The notes: generated from the letters alone by a model not told the origin. A stretch of 63,442 bases of DNA, filler included, from Octopus bimaculoides (GCF_001194135.2; 5 parts of 5 records of this genome joined end to end with filler, not necessarily neighbours in it), one strand, 5' to 3'; positions 1 to 12,357 are shown, counted from the first letter of the whole stretch. Numbers and translations: made by a program.

Positions 1-32
<32 letters not shown>

Positions 33-404
33 GTATGTATATATATATTCATATGTAAATATATATACATTCATACAGACATCGATGCTGTCTGTGTTGA
101 TAGATAGACAAGTAGAGAGATAGATAGATAGATAGATAGTTCAAGTATAGGAGACTACAGAACAAAGTTATTTACTTATAACACTTTGTACACATTTCAG
201 TGGCAATTACATAATTATTACGTCAGATATATTGATATTTTGGACAATATGTGGTTCAAGTAAATTCATCCAAAGTGTTACGAGAAATGAATTACTCTGC
301 AGACTGACAGGCATTTATTGTTGCCCCAGAAGTTTGGAAGTTAGATATTGTCAATAAGAAGGAGAAATATACTGTTGGGTTTTGAGTTTAAATTAACAGA
401 TTAT

Positions 405-423
405 TCACTTCCTTCCTTCCTTC

Positions 424-482
<59 letters not shown>

Positions 483-559
483 TCCTTTCTTCCTTTCTTC
501 CTTCCTTTCTTTCTTTCTTTCTTTGTTTCTTTCTTCCTTCCTTTCTCTGTCTCTGTCTC

Positions 560-594
<35 letters not shown>

Positions 595-690
595 ATCTAC
601 ATATGTATGTGTGTGTATGCGTATGAGTGTGTGTATGTGTGTGTGCGTGCGTGCGTATGAGTGTGTGTATGTGTGTGTACGTGTGTACAT
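405..690. repeat. Compound microsatellite (CTTT/CCTT)n, (CT)n, (GT)n
   Basis: Simple repeats read directly from the sequence; they explain ORFs 348..626 and 388..879. Confidence 0.95.
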
Positions 691-997
691 ATAATATAAA
701 GAGAAAGAGAGACAGCAATAGATGGATAGATAACAGACAAGCAGAAGAGGAGGAGGAGAGAAATAGAGAGAGAGAGAGAGAGAGAAGCGGTCAGAGGATT
801 TAATATCTGTTGAACATAGAGTACGGTGGTAGTTAAACTGAAGTGACAAGAACCGACATACAGATTCAAGCCCAACCAAGCTCGCTTAGTTTCTGTTCGC
901 TTTGCATTTGTGCTCTAAAATTCTTCATATAGAAAAAGTGAACACAGATATAGACACATACACCCACCCACACACCTGTATGTCTGTGTATGTATCA

Positions 998-1207
998 AAT
1001 ATTGGTTTCAAATTTTGGCACAAGGCCAGTAATTTTGCGGAGGATGTAAGTCAATTAGAGAGACCCCAGTGTTCATCTGGTACTTATTTTATCAACTCTG
1101 AAAAGATGAAGAAATTTGACCTTAGCATTTGAACTTAGAATGTACAGTGGGCAGAAATACCATTACGCATTTTTTCCAGCACAGCAATGATTCTGGCAGC
1201 TTGCCAC
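998..1207 (-). mobile_element. tRNA-headed SINE, family A (old copy)
   Basis: Reverse complement aligns by eye to the intact copy at 9469-9700 (gagttcaaat, ctttcatc, aagtaccag blocks); only 2 CpG remain. Confidence 0.85.
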
Positions 1208-1259
1208 TTATAGTAATCAAATATTAATACATATACATACATACATTCATATACATGTG

Positions 1260-1292
<33 letters not shown>

Positions 1293-1486
1293 TTGTAATT
1301 CTTAGTCCAATATTTCATAGATTTTATGTATTACAAATTTTCCTTTGAATTTTTTAGATTTTTAAACTAGTATTTTGTATAGTACGCTTTTTTTGATGGT
1401 GTCTGATCTCCTTCATCGTGTGAGTTGCACCATTGTGGTTCTTCTCTAAATTATCAATATATATATATATATGTATATATGTATAC

Positions 1487-1536
<50 letters not shown>

Positions 1537-1996
1537 NNNNNNNNNNNNNNNNNNNNNNNNNNNNNNNNNNNNNNNNNNNNNNNNNNNNNNNNNNNNNNNN
1601 NNNNNNNNNNNNNNNNNNNNNNNNNNNNNNNNNNNNNNNNNNNNNNNNNNNNNNNNNNNNNNNNNNNNNNNNNNNNNNNNNNNNNNNNNNNNNNNNNNNN
1701 NNNNNNNNNNNNNNNNNNNNNNNNNNNNNNNNNNNNNNNNNNNNNNNNNNNNNNNNNNNNNNNNNNNNNNNNNNNNNNNNNNNNNNNNNNNNNNNNNNNN
1801 NNNNNNNNNNNNNNNNNNNNNNNNNNNNNNNNNNNNNNNNNNNNNNNNNNNNNNNNNNNNNNNNNNNNNNNNNNNNNNNNNNNNNNNNNNNNNNNNNNNN
1901 NNNNNNNNNNNNNNNNNNNNNNNNNNNNNNNNNNNNNNNNNNNNNNNNNNNNNNNNNNNNNNNNNNNNNNNNNNNNNNNNNNNNNNNNNNNNNNNN

Positions 1997-2040
<44 letters not shown>

Positions 2041-2112
2041 GTGTGTGTATATATATGTATGTGTACATATGGAGGTGTATCATATTAATATACATATGAA
2101 GATATATGTATA

Positions 2113-2159
<47 letters not shown>

Positions 2160-2210
2160 TACACACATACATATATATTTATATGCATACACACATGTAC
2201 ATACATGCAT

Positions 2211-2248
<38 letters not shown>

Positions 2249-2826
2249 GTGTGTATATATGTGTGTGTGGTGTATGTGTGTATATATGTATGCATATGAT
2301 TTGACCAAAATAGTGTTGCTAACTGACAGAAACAAAAACAAACAAACTGCATTATGTGTTTAATATTATTGAAAAAAGTCAGCAACACAATAACATTTGC
2401 AGAGTTTGGCATCGGTGGCTGAAATATTCAAGCTGTTTTAATGCTAATGCCATTATAGGAATTTTGGCTCTGTTTAATTGAAATTAAACCTGTTCTTATA
2501 AAAACTTGGAATTGAATATCTATTATCTGGCAAAGATTTAAGGACTTAATTTGCTTCTTTTTGGCATTGTGTCAGGCAATTATTTTTCTTATTGTTTTCG
2601 GTGCTTCTTTTTCTCTCCTCTTTCTTCTTCTTTCTTTTCTGTTTTTTTTTTTTTTCAGTGAATGTGTCTGTGTCCTGTATTTATGTACACGTGCGTGTGC
2701 ATACACACACACATTCACATATAAAACACACACACACACACACTTATAAATATAAATATGTATGTATATATATGTGTATTTATATAAATATGTTTATGCA
2801 TGTATATATACAAACATTTACATTTG

Positions 2827-2882
<56 letters not shown>

Positions 2883-3003
2883 TACACACACACATATATT
2901 TATATATAGAAATATATGTATGTATTACATATATATATGTCTATATATATTTATGCATACATATATCTATATGTAAATATAGATATAAACAGCTATTATT
3001 GAT

Positions 3004-3161
3004 GAGTTGGAAAAGGCATTTGACAAGATACCACATTCAGTAATTTGGTAGTTATTGAGAAAATTAGGTGAAGATGAACGACTTGTGAAGGCTGTACAAG
3101 CCATGCACAAAGACACAGTTAAGTAATGTGAGAATCAACAACATCTTCAGTGACGATTTAG
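3004..3161 (+). mobile_element. RTE-clade LINE reverse transcriptase fragment
   Basis: Translates [36 protein letters not shown] then, after a frameshift, VRINNIFSDD. This is the DLEKAFD RT motif region. Confidence 0.8.
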
Positions 3162-3382
3162 TATGAAGCTAGGCTGAAATGTTCCTGGCTTTGGATAAAA
3201 GAAAGTACAGGAGGATTAGTTAATTATGGTTTTATTCAGTATATTTCCCTCAGAGATTCACACACCTATTGCAGCACTCCTTCAGTTTTTCTAAGCCCAG
3301 TACAAGAACTCAGAATGTTGGGCCTGCAACCAAGCCTTTTATGATACCCTCAAAGCCAGGAACTTTTCAGCACCCCTTCATA
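3162..3382. mobile_element. Mariner-derived MITE (221 bp)
   Basis: 32-nt terminal inverted repeats including terminal TA: 3162-3193 tatgaagctaggctgaaatgttcctggctttg vs reverse complement of 3351-3382 tatgaaggggtgctgaaaagttcctggctttg (27/32). Confidence 0.85.
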
Positions 3383-3383
3383 C

Positions 3384-3418
<35 letters not shown>

Positions 3419-4302
3419 NNNNNNNNNNNNNNNNNNNNNNNNNNNNNNNNNNNNNNNNNNNNNNNNNNNNNNNNNNNNNNNNNNNNNNNNNNNNNNNNNN
3501 NNNNNNNNNNNNNNNNNNNNNNNNNNNNNNNNNNNNNNNNNNNNNNNNNNNNNNNNNNNNNNNNNNNNNNNNNNNNNNNNNNNNNNNNNNNNNNNNNNNN
3601 NNNNNNNNNNNNNNNNNNNNNNNNNNNNNNNNNNNNNNNNNNNNNNNNNNNNNNNNNNNNNNNNNNNNNNNNNNNNNNNNNNNNNNNNNNNNNNNNNNNN
3701 NNNNNNNNNNNNNNNNNNNNNNNNNNNNNNNNNNNNNNNNNNNNNNNNNNNNNNNNNNNNNNNNNNNNNNNNNNNNNNNNNNNNNNNNNNNNNNNNNNNN
3801 NNNNNNNNNNNNNNNNNNNNNNNNNNNNNNNNNNNNNNNNNNNNNNNNNNNNNNNNNNNNNNNNNNNNNNNNNNNNNNNNNNNNNNNNNNNNNNNNNNNN
3901 NNNNNNNNNNNNNNNNNNNNNNNNNNNNNNNNNNNNNNNNNNNNNNNNNNNNNNNNNNNNNNNNNNNNNNNNNNNNNNNNNNNNNNNNNNNNNNNNNNNN
4001 NNNNNNNNNNNNNNNNNNNNNNNNNNNNNNNNNNNNNNNNNNNNNNNNNNNNNNNNNNNNNNNNNNNNNNNNNNNNNNNNNNNNNNNNNNNNNNNNNNNN
4101 NNNNNNNNNNNNNNNNNNNNNNNNNNNNNNNNNNNNNNNNNNNNNNNNNNNNNNNNNNNNNNNNNNNNNNNNNNNNNNNNNNNNNNNNNNNNNNNNNNNN
4201 NNNNNNNNNNNNNNNNNNNNNNNNNNNNNNNNNNNNNNNNNNNNNNNNNNNNNNNNNNNNNNNNNNNNNNNNNNNNNNNNNNNNNNNNNNNNNNNNNNNN
4301 NN

Positions 4303-4341
<39 letters not shown>

Positions 4342-4734
4342 GTAGATAAAGAGAGAGAGAGAGAGAGAGAGTCACTTTGCAACCAACGCTGTATGTTACA
4401 TTAAATGTAAACACCACGTCTATACATAGAATATGCTCTTGGATAGAACAAGAAGCAACAGGCACATTCACTGTACATTTCAGCCCTATCTGGAGTCTTG
4501 TCACCAGACGTGCACCTTCCTTAAATATTTACGAACACATTGATTATAAATCCACTGATATTTGTGGCCAAAGTAAGCTGGATTGACCAATTTGCATATT
4601 TAACACTTTTTTTTTTTACTACTAGGTTGACTATTAAATTACTAGTGTTACTATTGAATCACTAGTGTTATCTTTCATTGCTATAATGTACTGTTAGAAC
4701 ATCATCATCATATCATCATCATCATTGCCTGATC

Positions 4735-5127
4735 ACTTAAAGGGGATGGAACTTGTGAAGGAAGGAGATCCAGAAAGGCATCTCAAGAACTTGAGCCTCA
4801 TGAAGGAGATGGCAAAGGACTGAGGTGTCTGATGCCTTGTTGTTCTCAAGAGGGCCTGTCCACCACAGTAGAATTGATACCAGTGCTGGTGCCACATCAA
4901 AATGCACTGGTGGTGATGGTGCCACGTACAAAAGCACCCAGTATGCTCTGTAAAGTGGTTGGTATTTGGAAGAGCACCCAGTTGTAGAAACTATGCCAAA
5001 ACAGACAATGGAGGCTGGTGTAGCCTCACCAGCCTTACCAGTTACTGTCAAACTGTCTAACCCATGCCAGTTTAAAAATGGACATTAAATGTTGATGATG
5101 ATGAAGATGATGATGATGACGACGATG
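4735..5127 (+). mobile_element. RTE LINE 3' end with (GAT)n tail
   Basis: Shares aaaagcaccca..gtggttgg..ggaag..ccag.t.tagaaac with the RTE end at 13860-13980 and ends in a (GAT)n tail. Confidence 0.75.
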
Positions 5128-5275
5128 ATGATGATGATATTTCATGCTTGCATGGGTCAGATGGAATTTGTGGAAGTGGATTTTCTACAGCTGGATGCCC
5201 TTCCTGTCTCCAACCTTTGCCTGTTATCAAGTAAGGTAATATTTCCCTATGACCAGATGTGTTTTCATGGAAGAT
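5128..5275 (-). mobile_element. RTE LINE 3' UTR fragment, opposite orientation
   Basis: Reverse complement ggttggagacaggaagggcatccagctgtagaaaat...acccatgcaagcatg matches blocks of the 4735-5127 tail. Confidence 0.7.
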
Positions 5276-5325
5276 TGGAAATGACGGACTCAACTTGACT
5301 ATCATGTGTAGTCAAAGAGACAGTA

Positions 5326-5418
<93 letters not shown>

Positions 5419-5430
5419 TACACACATACA

Positions 5431-5568
5431 CTGGGCTTCTTAGTTACCAAATCCATTCATAAGGCTTTACCTATAGTAGAAGACACTTGTTCAAGATACC
5501 ATGCAGTGGGACTGAACCTGAAACCACATGGCTGGAAAACAAACTTCTTACCACACAGCCATGCTTAT
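5431..5568 (-). mobile_element. SINE family B (tRNA-like head), partial
   Basis: Matches copies at 43042-43422, 58628-58794 and 63138-63294 (gggcttct..accaaatcca..aaggcttt..gtagaagacactt..gaacc..cttaccacac). Confidence 0.85.
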
Positions 5569-6232
5569 AGATTTTTAGTCATCACTATTGCAAACATTGT
5601 GCCTATATATATATATATACAACAAGCTCACAGACTGAGGCTCCCACTAGGGCTGAGATCCACAACATTTACAACTGTTCCTTCTTTTTCTGTCCATCAG
5701 TATATTGTAATGTTTTCATACATTGTAAGACTTAAGGCTGGCTAAAACTTTATAGATATAAGTATGTTATGGCAATGAAACGAATCACTTAACACACAAG
5801 TTATTTAATATTCAAAGTAGATGGTAAGAAAGTTTTACATGCATGCGTGTATATCTATCTATCTATCTATCTTAAATGTGGCAAAATTGGTGAGTATGAA
5901 AGACGACACCATTTTAAGCATTAATTTGTAACAAAAAGAGAAAACGAGAGAAAAGGTACTTACTTTTATGTATATTTTGAACTGCCTGAGGTGACCTTGG
6001 TACTTTTTTGTAGGTTTTTCACTCCAAGGATACACCTAAACTGTAAACAATATTTATTCCCGTTTTTGGGAAGATTTATAATTTTTGTACACCACACACC
6101 CCAACGATTACAATCCCTATTGATTTGACTTTTCTTTGTGTGTCCCACCCAGCCCACCTCGAAAATGAAAAACTCTACGCTTGTATTTCGTCCAATTTCT
6201 GTGTTCAGCCCTGTGTGGCTATAATAAAAACA

Positions 6233-6309
<77 letters not shown>

Positions 6310-6410
6310 GCCTGCCTGCTTGTCTGTCTGTCTGTTAGTCTGTCTATCCCTCCCCTCCCTCTCTCTCTCGCTCTCTCTAGATGCATACATACAAACATAC
6401 ACACATACAA

Positions 6411-6445
<35 letters not shown>

Positions 6446-7399
6446 TAGATATTAAATTAAATCAAGTATATAAAATCCACTTAAAGGGATGTTAGCATCC
6501 AAGGTCCCCGGTTTTAGCTAGAGTATCAGTGAGTTTTGCATTGATGGATATGGGTATATTACCATTTTTGTATGAGAAAAAGAAAACGGAGAAATTGATA
6601 TATAGACATTAATTTATTAGAATATATTCAATTCCGAACAATATCAAACACATTGCACCTGCAACTGTTTCCATGCCCAACCAATTAAATTAAATCAAAT
6701 TTTCATATTGAATATCTTTAATTGGACATTTCATCAGGGGAAGAATTTGATAGAAAGGAGCTACATTCCAGTGTGTTGTTTGACCCTTGTTAGACTCAGA
6801 AAAGTACATTTCAGCAACCAATGTATTTAAAAAAAAAACGTTATTTGTGTGTATGTATATGCAAATTTGTTAATGCATTTGTTTGTGTGTGCATGTAATG
6901 TGTTGAAAAACAAAATTATCTGTTAGTTAGCTTAAACAATATTTTGATACAATTACTTTACCTAGAAACTAAAAACAATATTCCTACTTTACATTATTAC
7001 TTATAATAGATCGAAATGTCAGTAAAGTAGTTAATCATTTAAGAAATTTGTTATAATCACCCAGTTGTAATCTCTAGTAATTACTGCTAAATAATAAATT
7101 ATTATTATTGTTATTATTATTTATTAGTCATTATTTATTAATTTTTTTATTTTTAAGCCATAGTTACGTATATGTAACTTTTTTTTATGTTTTTGTGCGT
7201 GCGTTTGTTAATGTGTTGAAAGTTACTAGACACTGATGAATCAAAACTGCTTACCATTTAGCAAAGTTGCATATTACATCATCCATATATGTGTACAATA
7301 TATTTATCGATAATAGTGAGAGTAAATATTAGGTCATCAAGTATGAAATTTGTAGAAAAGAAAAAAAAAAGGTTGGTATGATTTATAAATACAAAGTAT

Positions 7400-8112
7400 A
7401 GTTTTATTCATCAACGTATGCACCCATATTGTCAATACACTTTTCCCATTTCAGTTGTAGCTTATCCAACCCAGAACTGTGAAAGCCTGGCAATTTGGAG
7501 TCAATAAAATCTTGGAAGGCTTGTTTTATCGCATTGTTGGAATTAAATTTTTTTCCCATGAAAAAGTTATCCAAATTCTGGAAGAAGTGGTAGTCAGTGG
7601 GGGAAAGCTCAGGTGAGTGAGTATGGTGGATGATGGAGATTTTCCAACTCCAACTCCTGTAGTTTCGCCAATGTCATTTTTGCGATGTGTGGTCTGGCGT
7701 TGTCTTGCAATAAAATAGGAGTGGATCTGTTGACTAATCTAGGCTGTTTTTTTTTTTATAAGTTTCTGCATCATTTGGTCCAGTTGGCTGAAGTATACTT
7801 TGGCCATGATTGATAAGCCAGGTTTAATAAAATCATAATGGATCACACTTACGCCAGACCACCAAACACACACCATCAGCTTCTTTTGATGAATTTTGCT
7901 TTTTGGTGGCTCATTTTTATCTAACCATTGCACTGAACATTTATGATTATTGTATTGGGTCCATTTCTTACCATACGTTACAATTTGATTCAAAAATGAT
8001 TCATTTTTGTGACGAGAAAATAGCATAATGCAGGCTTCCAAACGTTGCTGTTTCTGATTTTCATTGAGTTCATATGGAACCCACTTATCCAACTTTTTCA
8101 CTTTACCGATTT
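7400..8112 (-). mobile_element. Mariner (DD34D) transposase remnant, central and C-terminal part
   Basis: KKLDKWVPYELNENQKQQRLEAC (WVPHEL motif), KKLMVCVWWSGVSVIHYDF, and downstream HSPELSPTDYHFFQNLDNF (YSPDLAP/D motif); stops and frameshifts present. Confidence 0.92.
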
Positions 8113-8134
8113 GAACTGAAGTGAGTCAATATTG

Positions 8135-8256
8135 AAAACCTGAGCTCTTCAAAAGGATGGTTATGGTGACTGCTTGGTGGTGTATTGCTGGACTCCTCCA
8201 CTATAACTTCTTAAAACCCAGAAAAACCATTACTGCCGAAACATATTCGTCAGAGT
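8135..8256 (+). mobile_element. Mariner transposase fragment
   Basis: KPELFKRMVMVTAWWCIAGLLHYNFLKPRKTITAETYSSEL, the KKVMLCVWW..GIIHYELL region. Confidence 0.8.
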
Positions 8257-8943
8257 TATTTCTGGTTATAATCCAGCAGGACACTGAAAGAATGGTACAG
8301 GCATGAGAAGGGGAGCAAACAGAGGCAATAAGTATGAGTATTGGATGATTGGAAGAGAGATGAAGAGGAAAGTAGAAGAGAAGTGATGACTTGGAAAAGG
8401 ACAAAGTAGAATTGAAGGAAAGAAAGGAAGAGAAGGAGGAATAGAAAGAATAGAGGAGGGTAAGCATTCTATAGAAAAGGGGAAGAGGATGGCTGAAATT
8501 AAGGAGAGGACAGTCATAAAAGCATTAGTGTTTGTAATTAGGTAATTAGGTCATAATGCACAAAAACATTTGCATTGTCTTCAAGTCAAATACAATCCAG
8601 ATATTATGTTGAAATTTGATATTGGCCACTGACACTCGTGGTCAATTTAAATCTTTATTATTTGCTCATTGCTACTTATCTCACATATGCAATGAATTGT
8701 ATTAGAAGAATGAATGAAGAATCAGCAGTAACTATATTATGATGGGAAGATAGAAAAAGTGTTGGTAAGATTGGACATTAAAGAGAGAGAGAGAGAGGGG
8801 GAAGAGAGAGAAAAAGAGAAATGCAAGGTTAAAAATAAAATAAAATCAATTAGAGTTACTTTACAGACCAAATAAAATAAAATAAAATGGGAGGCCAAAT
8901 ATAATTTTAAATTAAATTAATATATTAAATTAATATATATATA

Positions 8944-9115
8944 TTGGGTCATCCCATAAATAATGCAGATTTTTTCTACTTTTTTTATATTTCAAAATTA
9001 AGATAAACAAAGTTCTTTTTTAATCTAAAATATACTTTCCTTCATTTTCTACAATGCTCTTCCACCTATCTGGTAGACTTGCAAGGCCCCTCTTCCAAAA
9101 TTCACTTGTTCATGG
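8944..9115 (-). mobile_element. Mariner 3' end with TIR, cut by a gap
   Basis: TA followed by TIR ttgggtcatcccataaataatgc; the minus strand encodes the C-terminal ..LPDRWKSIVENEGKYILD*. Confidence 0.8.
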
Positions 9116-9468
9116 NNNNNNNNNNNNNNNNNNNNNNNNNNNNNNNNNNNNNNNNNNNNNNNNNNNNNNNNNNNNNNNNNNNNNNNNNNNNNNNNNNNNN
9201 NNNNNNNNNNNNNNNNNNNNNNNNNNNNNNNNNNNNNNNNNNNNNNNNNNNNNNNNNNNNNNNNNNNNNNNNNNNNNNNNNNNNNNNNNNNNNNNNNNNN
9301 NNNNNNNNNNNNNNNNNNNNNNNNNNNNNNNNNNNNNNNNNNNNNNNNNNNNNNNNNNNNNNNNNGAGGAGAACCTCATAGTTTTTTTCCCTGGCTGTTG
9401 GCTCTTTGCAGGATTCAGCTTGTTTGTTAGTAGGCTGTGGTTTAGCAAGGTAGGGGATGACTCCCTCA

Positions 9469-9700
9469 GGCGGTGAGCTGGCAGAAACGTTAGCACACCG
9501 GGCGAAGTGTTTAGCGGTATTTTGTCTGCCGTTACGTTCTGAGTTCAAATTCCGCTGAGGTCGACTTTGCCTTTCATCCTTTCGGGGTCGATTAAATAAG
9601 TACCAGTTACGCACTGGGGTCGATGTAATCGACTTAATCCATTTGTCTGTCCTTGTTTGTCCCCTCTGTGTGTAGCCCCTTGTGGGCAGTAAAGAAATAA
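9469..9700 (+). mobile_element. Full-length young SINE family A with target-site duplication
   Basis: Head ggcggtgagctggcagaaacgttag, B-box-like gagttcaaattcc, A-rich end. Flanked by aaggtaggggatgactccctca (9447-9468) and aaggtggggatgactccctca (9699-9719). Confidence 0.95.
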
Positions 9701-10017
9701 GGTGGGGATGACTCCCTCAAAGTGTCGGGTGTTAAAACATCTTAAAGTCATAGCCAGGCAAGACAATTCAACCCAGGTCCCATTTAGCGGGTGATGGATA
9801 CTCATATTTCACCATTTTTGTAGCTTATCAACATCTTGTACTTGAATCAAACTGAAACTAAATTGCCAGTCTGTAACTATATATAAATAGTGTAAAACCA
9901 TTTGCTGGTATGCCATGACGATGCATATCAAAGAATAAATTCAAATATAAATTAGAAGCAGAACTAGTGTTGCAAACGTTATTAACCATACATACTCAAT
10001 ATATGTTTTGCTTGTTA

Positions 10018-10089
10018 TAGCGCAGCAGGGATGACTCCCTCAAAGCTCTGGGTGTTAAACCACCTGAAAAAGTCATCCCCACTGTGCTA
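10018..10089. mobile_element. 72-bp TA-flanked hairpin element (micro-MITE candidate)
   Basis: 19-nt inverted ends tagcgcagcagggatgact / agtcatccccactgtgcta (16/19). A second, diverged copy lies at about 9443-9755, split by the SINE. Confidence 0.55.
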
Positions 10090-10104
10090 AATTGCATCCT
10101 ACCG

Positions 10105-10195
10105 GTGGACAAGCACTTGCCCAAAGTGCCATACCGCAAGACTGAACCTGGAGCCATATGACTGCAAAAGAAACTTCTTACCACACCACCTTGCC
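10105..10195 (-). mobile_element. SINE family B, 5' part
   Basis: cacttgcccaaagtgcc..actgaacctggagccatatg..cttaccacac matches the other family B copies. Confidence 0.75.
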
Positions 10196-10524
10196 TATCC
10201 ACCATTCTCACCTCTGCCTTCTGTACCTAACTACCTAACCACCCACCAGCCAACCTACCTACCTACTTAACCACACATATCTCTGACCGTCTGTTTCTGA
10301 TATCTATTGTAGCCACTAAAATATTCTATAGTTCGGTCATAATCTTTGTTATTAATCTCTTATCACTGTTCGCCCTCTCACTGTAAATATTTCGTCTCTC
10401 TCAAGTCAGGTTTAATACATGAATTAATTAACAATAAACGACAATTGATGATTCAGTTGCTGCACTCTTATTGCTTTGTTCGTATCTTAACCAAAGGCGT
10501 TAGCAATGTTATACAAGTGAAATA

Positions 10525-10875
10525 GCATTGTTGCCATTGTTGTTGTCATCATCATCATCATCATCGTAGTCATTGTTGTTGTTGTTGTTATTGTCATCAT
10601 CATTGTTGTTGTTGTTGTCAATATCATCGTCATCATTGCCATTATCAGCATCCTTATCTTCGTAATGATTTTCATCATTGTCTTCATCATCATCATCGTC
10701 GTCGTCGTCATCATCATAATCATCATCATCGTTATCAGCATCATCATCACAACATCATCATCATTGTCATTGCCATTGTCAGCATCTTTATCATCATAAT
10801 TTTTCTTGTCGTCGTCGTCGTCGTCGTCGTTGTTATTGTCATCGTTATCGTCATCATTGTCATCATCATCATTTT
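10525..10875. repeat. Trinucleotide mosaic (CAT/CGT/TGT) with an internal duplicated block
   Basis: Read directly; block 10621-10680 resembles 10761-10810. Confidence 0.9.
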
Positions 10876-10934
10876 TCGTGAACATATTGAAGCCTCCAAA
10901 ACCTATGGAGAACTAGTTCAAAACTCTGAGATAA

Positions 10935-11200
10935 TTGAAAACTGAACCCTGGTTAACCCCTATCCCCCCACTAAATTTTTCACCATCTCCTACTGCTGAT
11001 ATTGTGTTGACTGCACTTCTGTTCAGATAATATGGCCTTCACAAGCCATTCATCTACCCCTAGCTTCCTTAGCTAGCACCAGAACACAGAATGAGAGCCC
11101 CTGTCAAGTTGACAAATGCTAGGTAAGGGGACTTGACTCATAGCTATGTACTTCTCTTGCAGATGCTTCCTTAGGCATCTGGAATCAGTGGTATGTTAGT
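10935..11200 (-). mobile_element. RTE LINE reverse transcriptase fragment
   Basis: Minus strand, with frameshifts: TTDSRCLRKHLQEKYIA, YLAFVNL, LRKLGVDEWLVKAI, GVNQGSV. Confidence 0.8.
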
Positions 11201-11222
11201 GGGGCTATATAGGTGCAGGTGG

Positions 11223-11340
11223 AGGTGGTGAGCTGGCAGAATCATTAGCACACCAGGCAAAATGCTTAGTGGTATTTCGCCTGAAGCTGTGTTCTGAGTT
11301 AAAATTCTGCCGAGGTCAGCTTTGTCTTTCATCCATGTGG
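11223..11340 (+). mobile_element. SINE family A, 3'-truncated
   Basis: ggtggtgagctggcagaatcattagcacaccaggcaaaatgcttag..ttctgagttaaaattctgccgaggtc aligns to 9469. Confidence 0.85.
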
Positions 11341-11346
11341 TGATAC

Positions 11347-11420
<74 letters not shown>

Positions 11421-12143
11421 CAAATTACGATAAATGTAAACAAACAAAGTTTGCTTTTAGAAGCGTTGAGATGTCTTAGAAAGTTAAAGAAGTAATTTTA
11501 ATATTCTCAATCGCAGGATAATGCTAATAATATAGCCTGAACAGGATAAACTACCCCTATTTTGCAGAAAAAAGTGTAGGTGGTTAGCTATATATATATA
11601 TGTATTTATATGTATACATACATATATGTCAAATATATTGATGTAATGCTTCCATTGATTGATTAAATGGAGCCGCTTGCAATGACCATAATGCACTAAT
11701 ACCTAGACACCCTTGTTACTTATTTGCTTTTATACATATACATATATATGTATCATTTAATATACATAGTATTTAAATATGAGTTACTAATAGTTTCATG
11801 CTGTGGAAAAATAATAATTTAGTAGATTTATATGTCAAGCCTTGTGTTTGAATACACAACGTTGGTCTTATTTGAAAAACAGAATGCTTGACTATGAGAA
11901 AACAAGAGGAAAAAAAGAGATGGTGTATGTAAAAGGTGACACGAGAAAAAAAAAGGTGAATAAAAACATAAAAAAAAAAGAAAAGAAAGGAGACCAAGTG
12001 TTGTGTCCCCTTTGTCCACCAAAAGTGGGTATAATAAGATAATCCAATGAGGAGAAAACCCAAGGGTTTTATCCTCCACTTTGGCAAAAGGAATTTATCC
12101 ATGTGCTTGTATTTACTAAAAATGTTGGATCTGGAATTAAGCA

Positions 12144-12357
12144 GTGTTGGTTTCAAATTTTGGCACAAGGCCAGCAGTTTTGTGGGAGGGAGTAAGTGAA
12201 TTACATCAATCCCAGTACTCAACTTATTTCATCAACCCCCGAAAGGATGAGAGGCAAAGTCGACCTCGGTGGAGTTTGAACTCAGAATGTACAGATGAAC
12301 AAAATACCACCAAATGTTTTTGTCCAGCGTGCTAACAATTCAATCAGCTTGCCACCT
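12144..12357 (-). mobile_element. SINE family A
   Basis: ccgaaaggatgagaggcaaagtcgacctcggtggagtttgaactcagaa is the reverse complement of the family A core. Confidence 0.9.

Noticed and set aside
5620-6840. Possible further repeats or exon (including a ttaaagggatg end and a 42-codon minus frame)
   Set aside because: No second terminus, in-window copy or recognisable protein motif; not supportable without a search.
8257-8520. GA-rich segment with minus-strand ORFs of 83-88 aa
   Set aside because: Low-complexity S/L/F/P translation with no motif I can name; left unclassified.
10028-10080. SECIS-like ATGA..AAA..GA in the 72-bp hairpin
   Set aside because: ATGA-to-AA spacing is 7 nt rather than about 11-12, and the ATGA is Watson-Crick paired in the terminal stem.
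11027-11190. Two apparent plus-strand exons with good AG/GT sites
   Set aside because: They lie antisense in an RTE RT fragment, and the 96-nt one has stops in all three frames.
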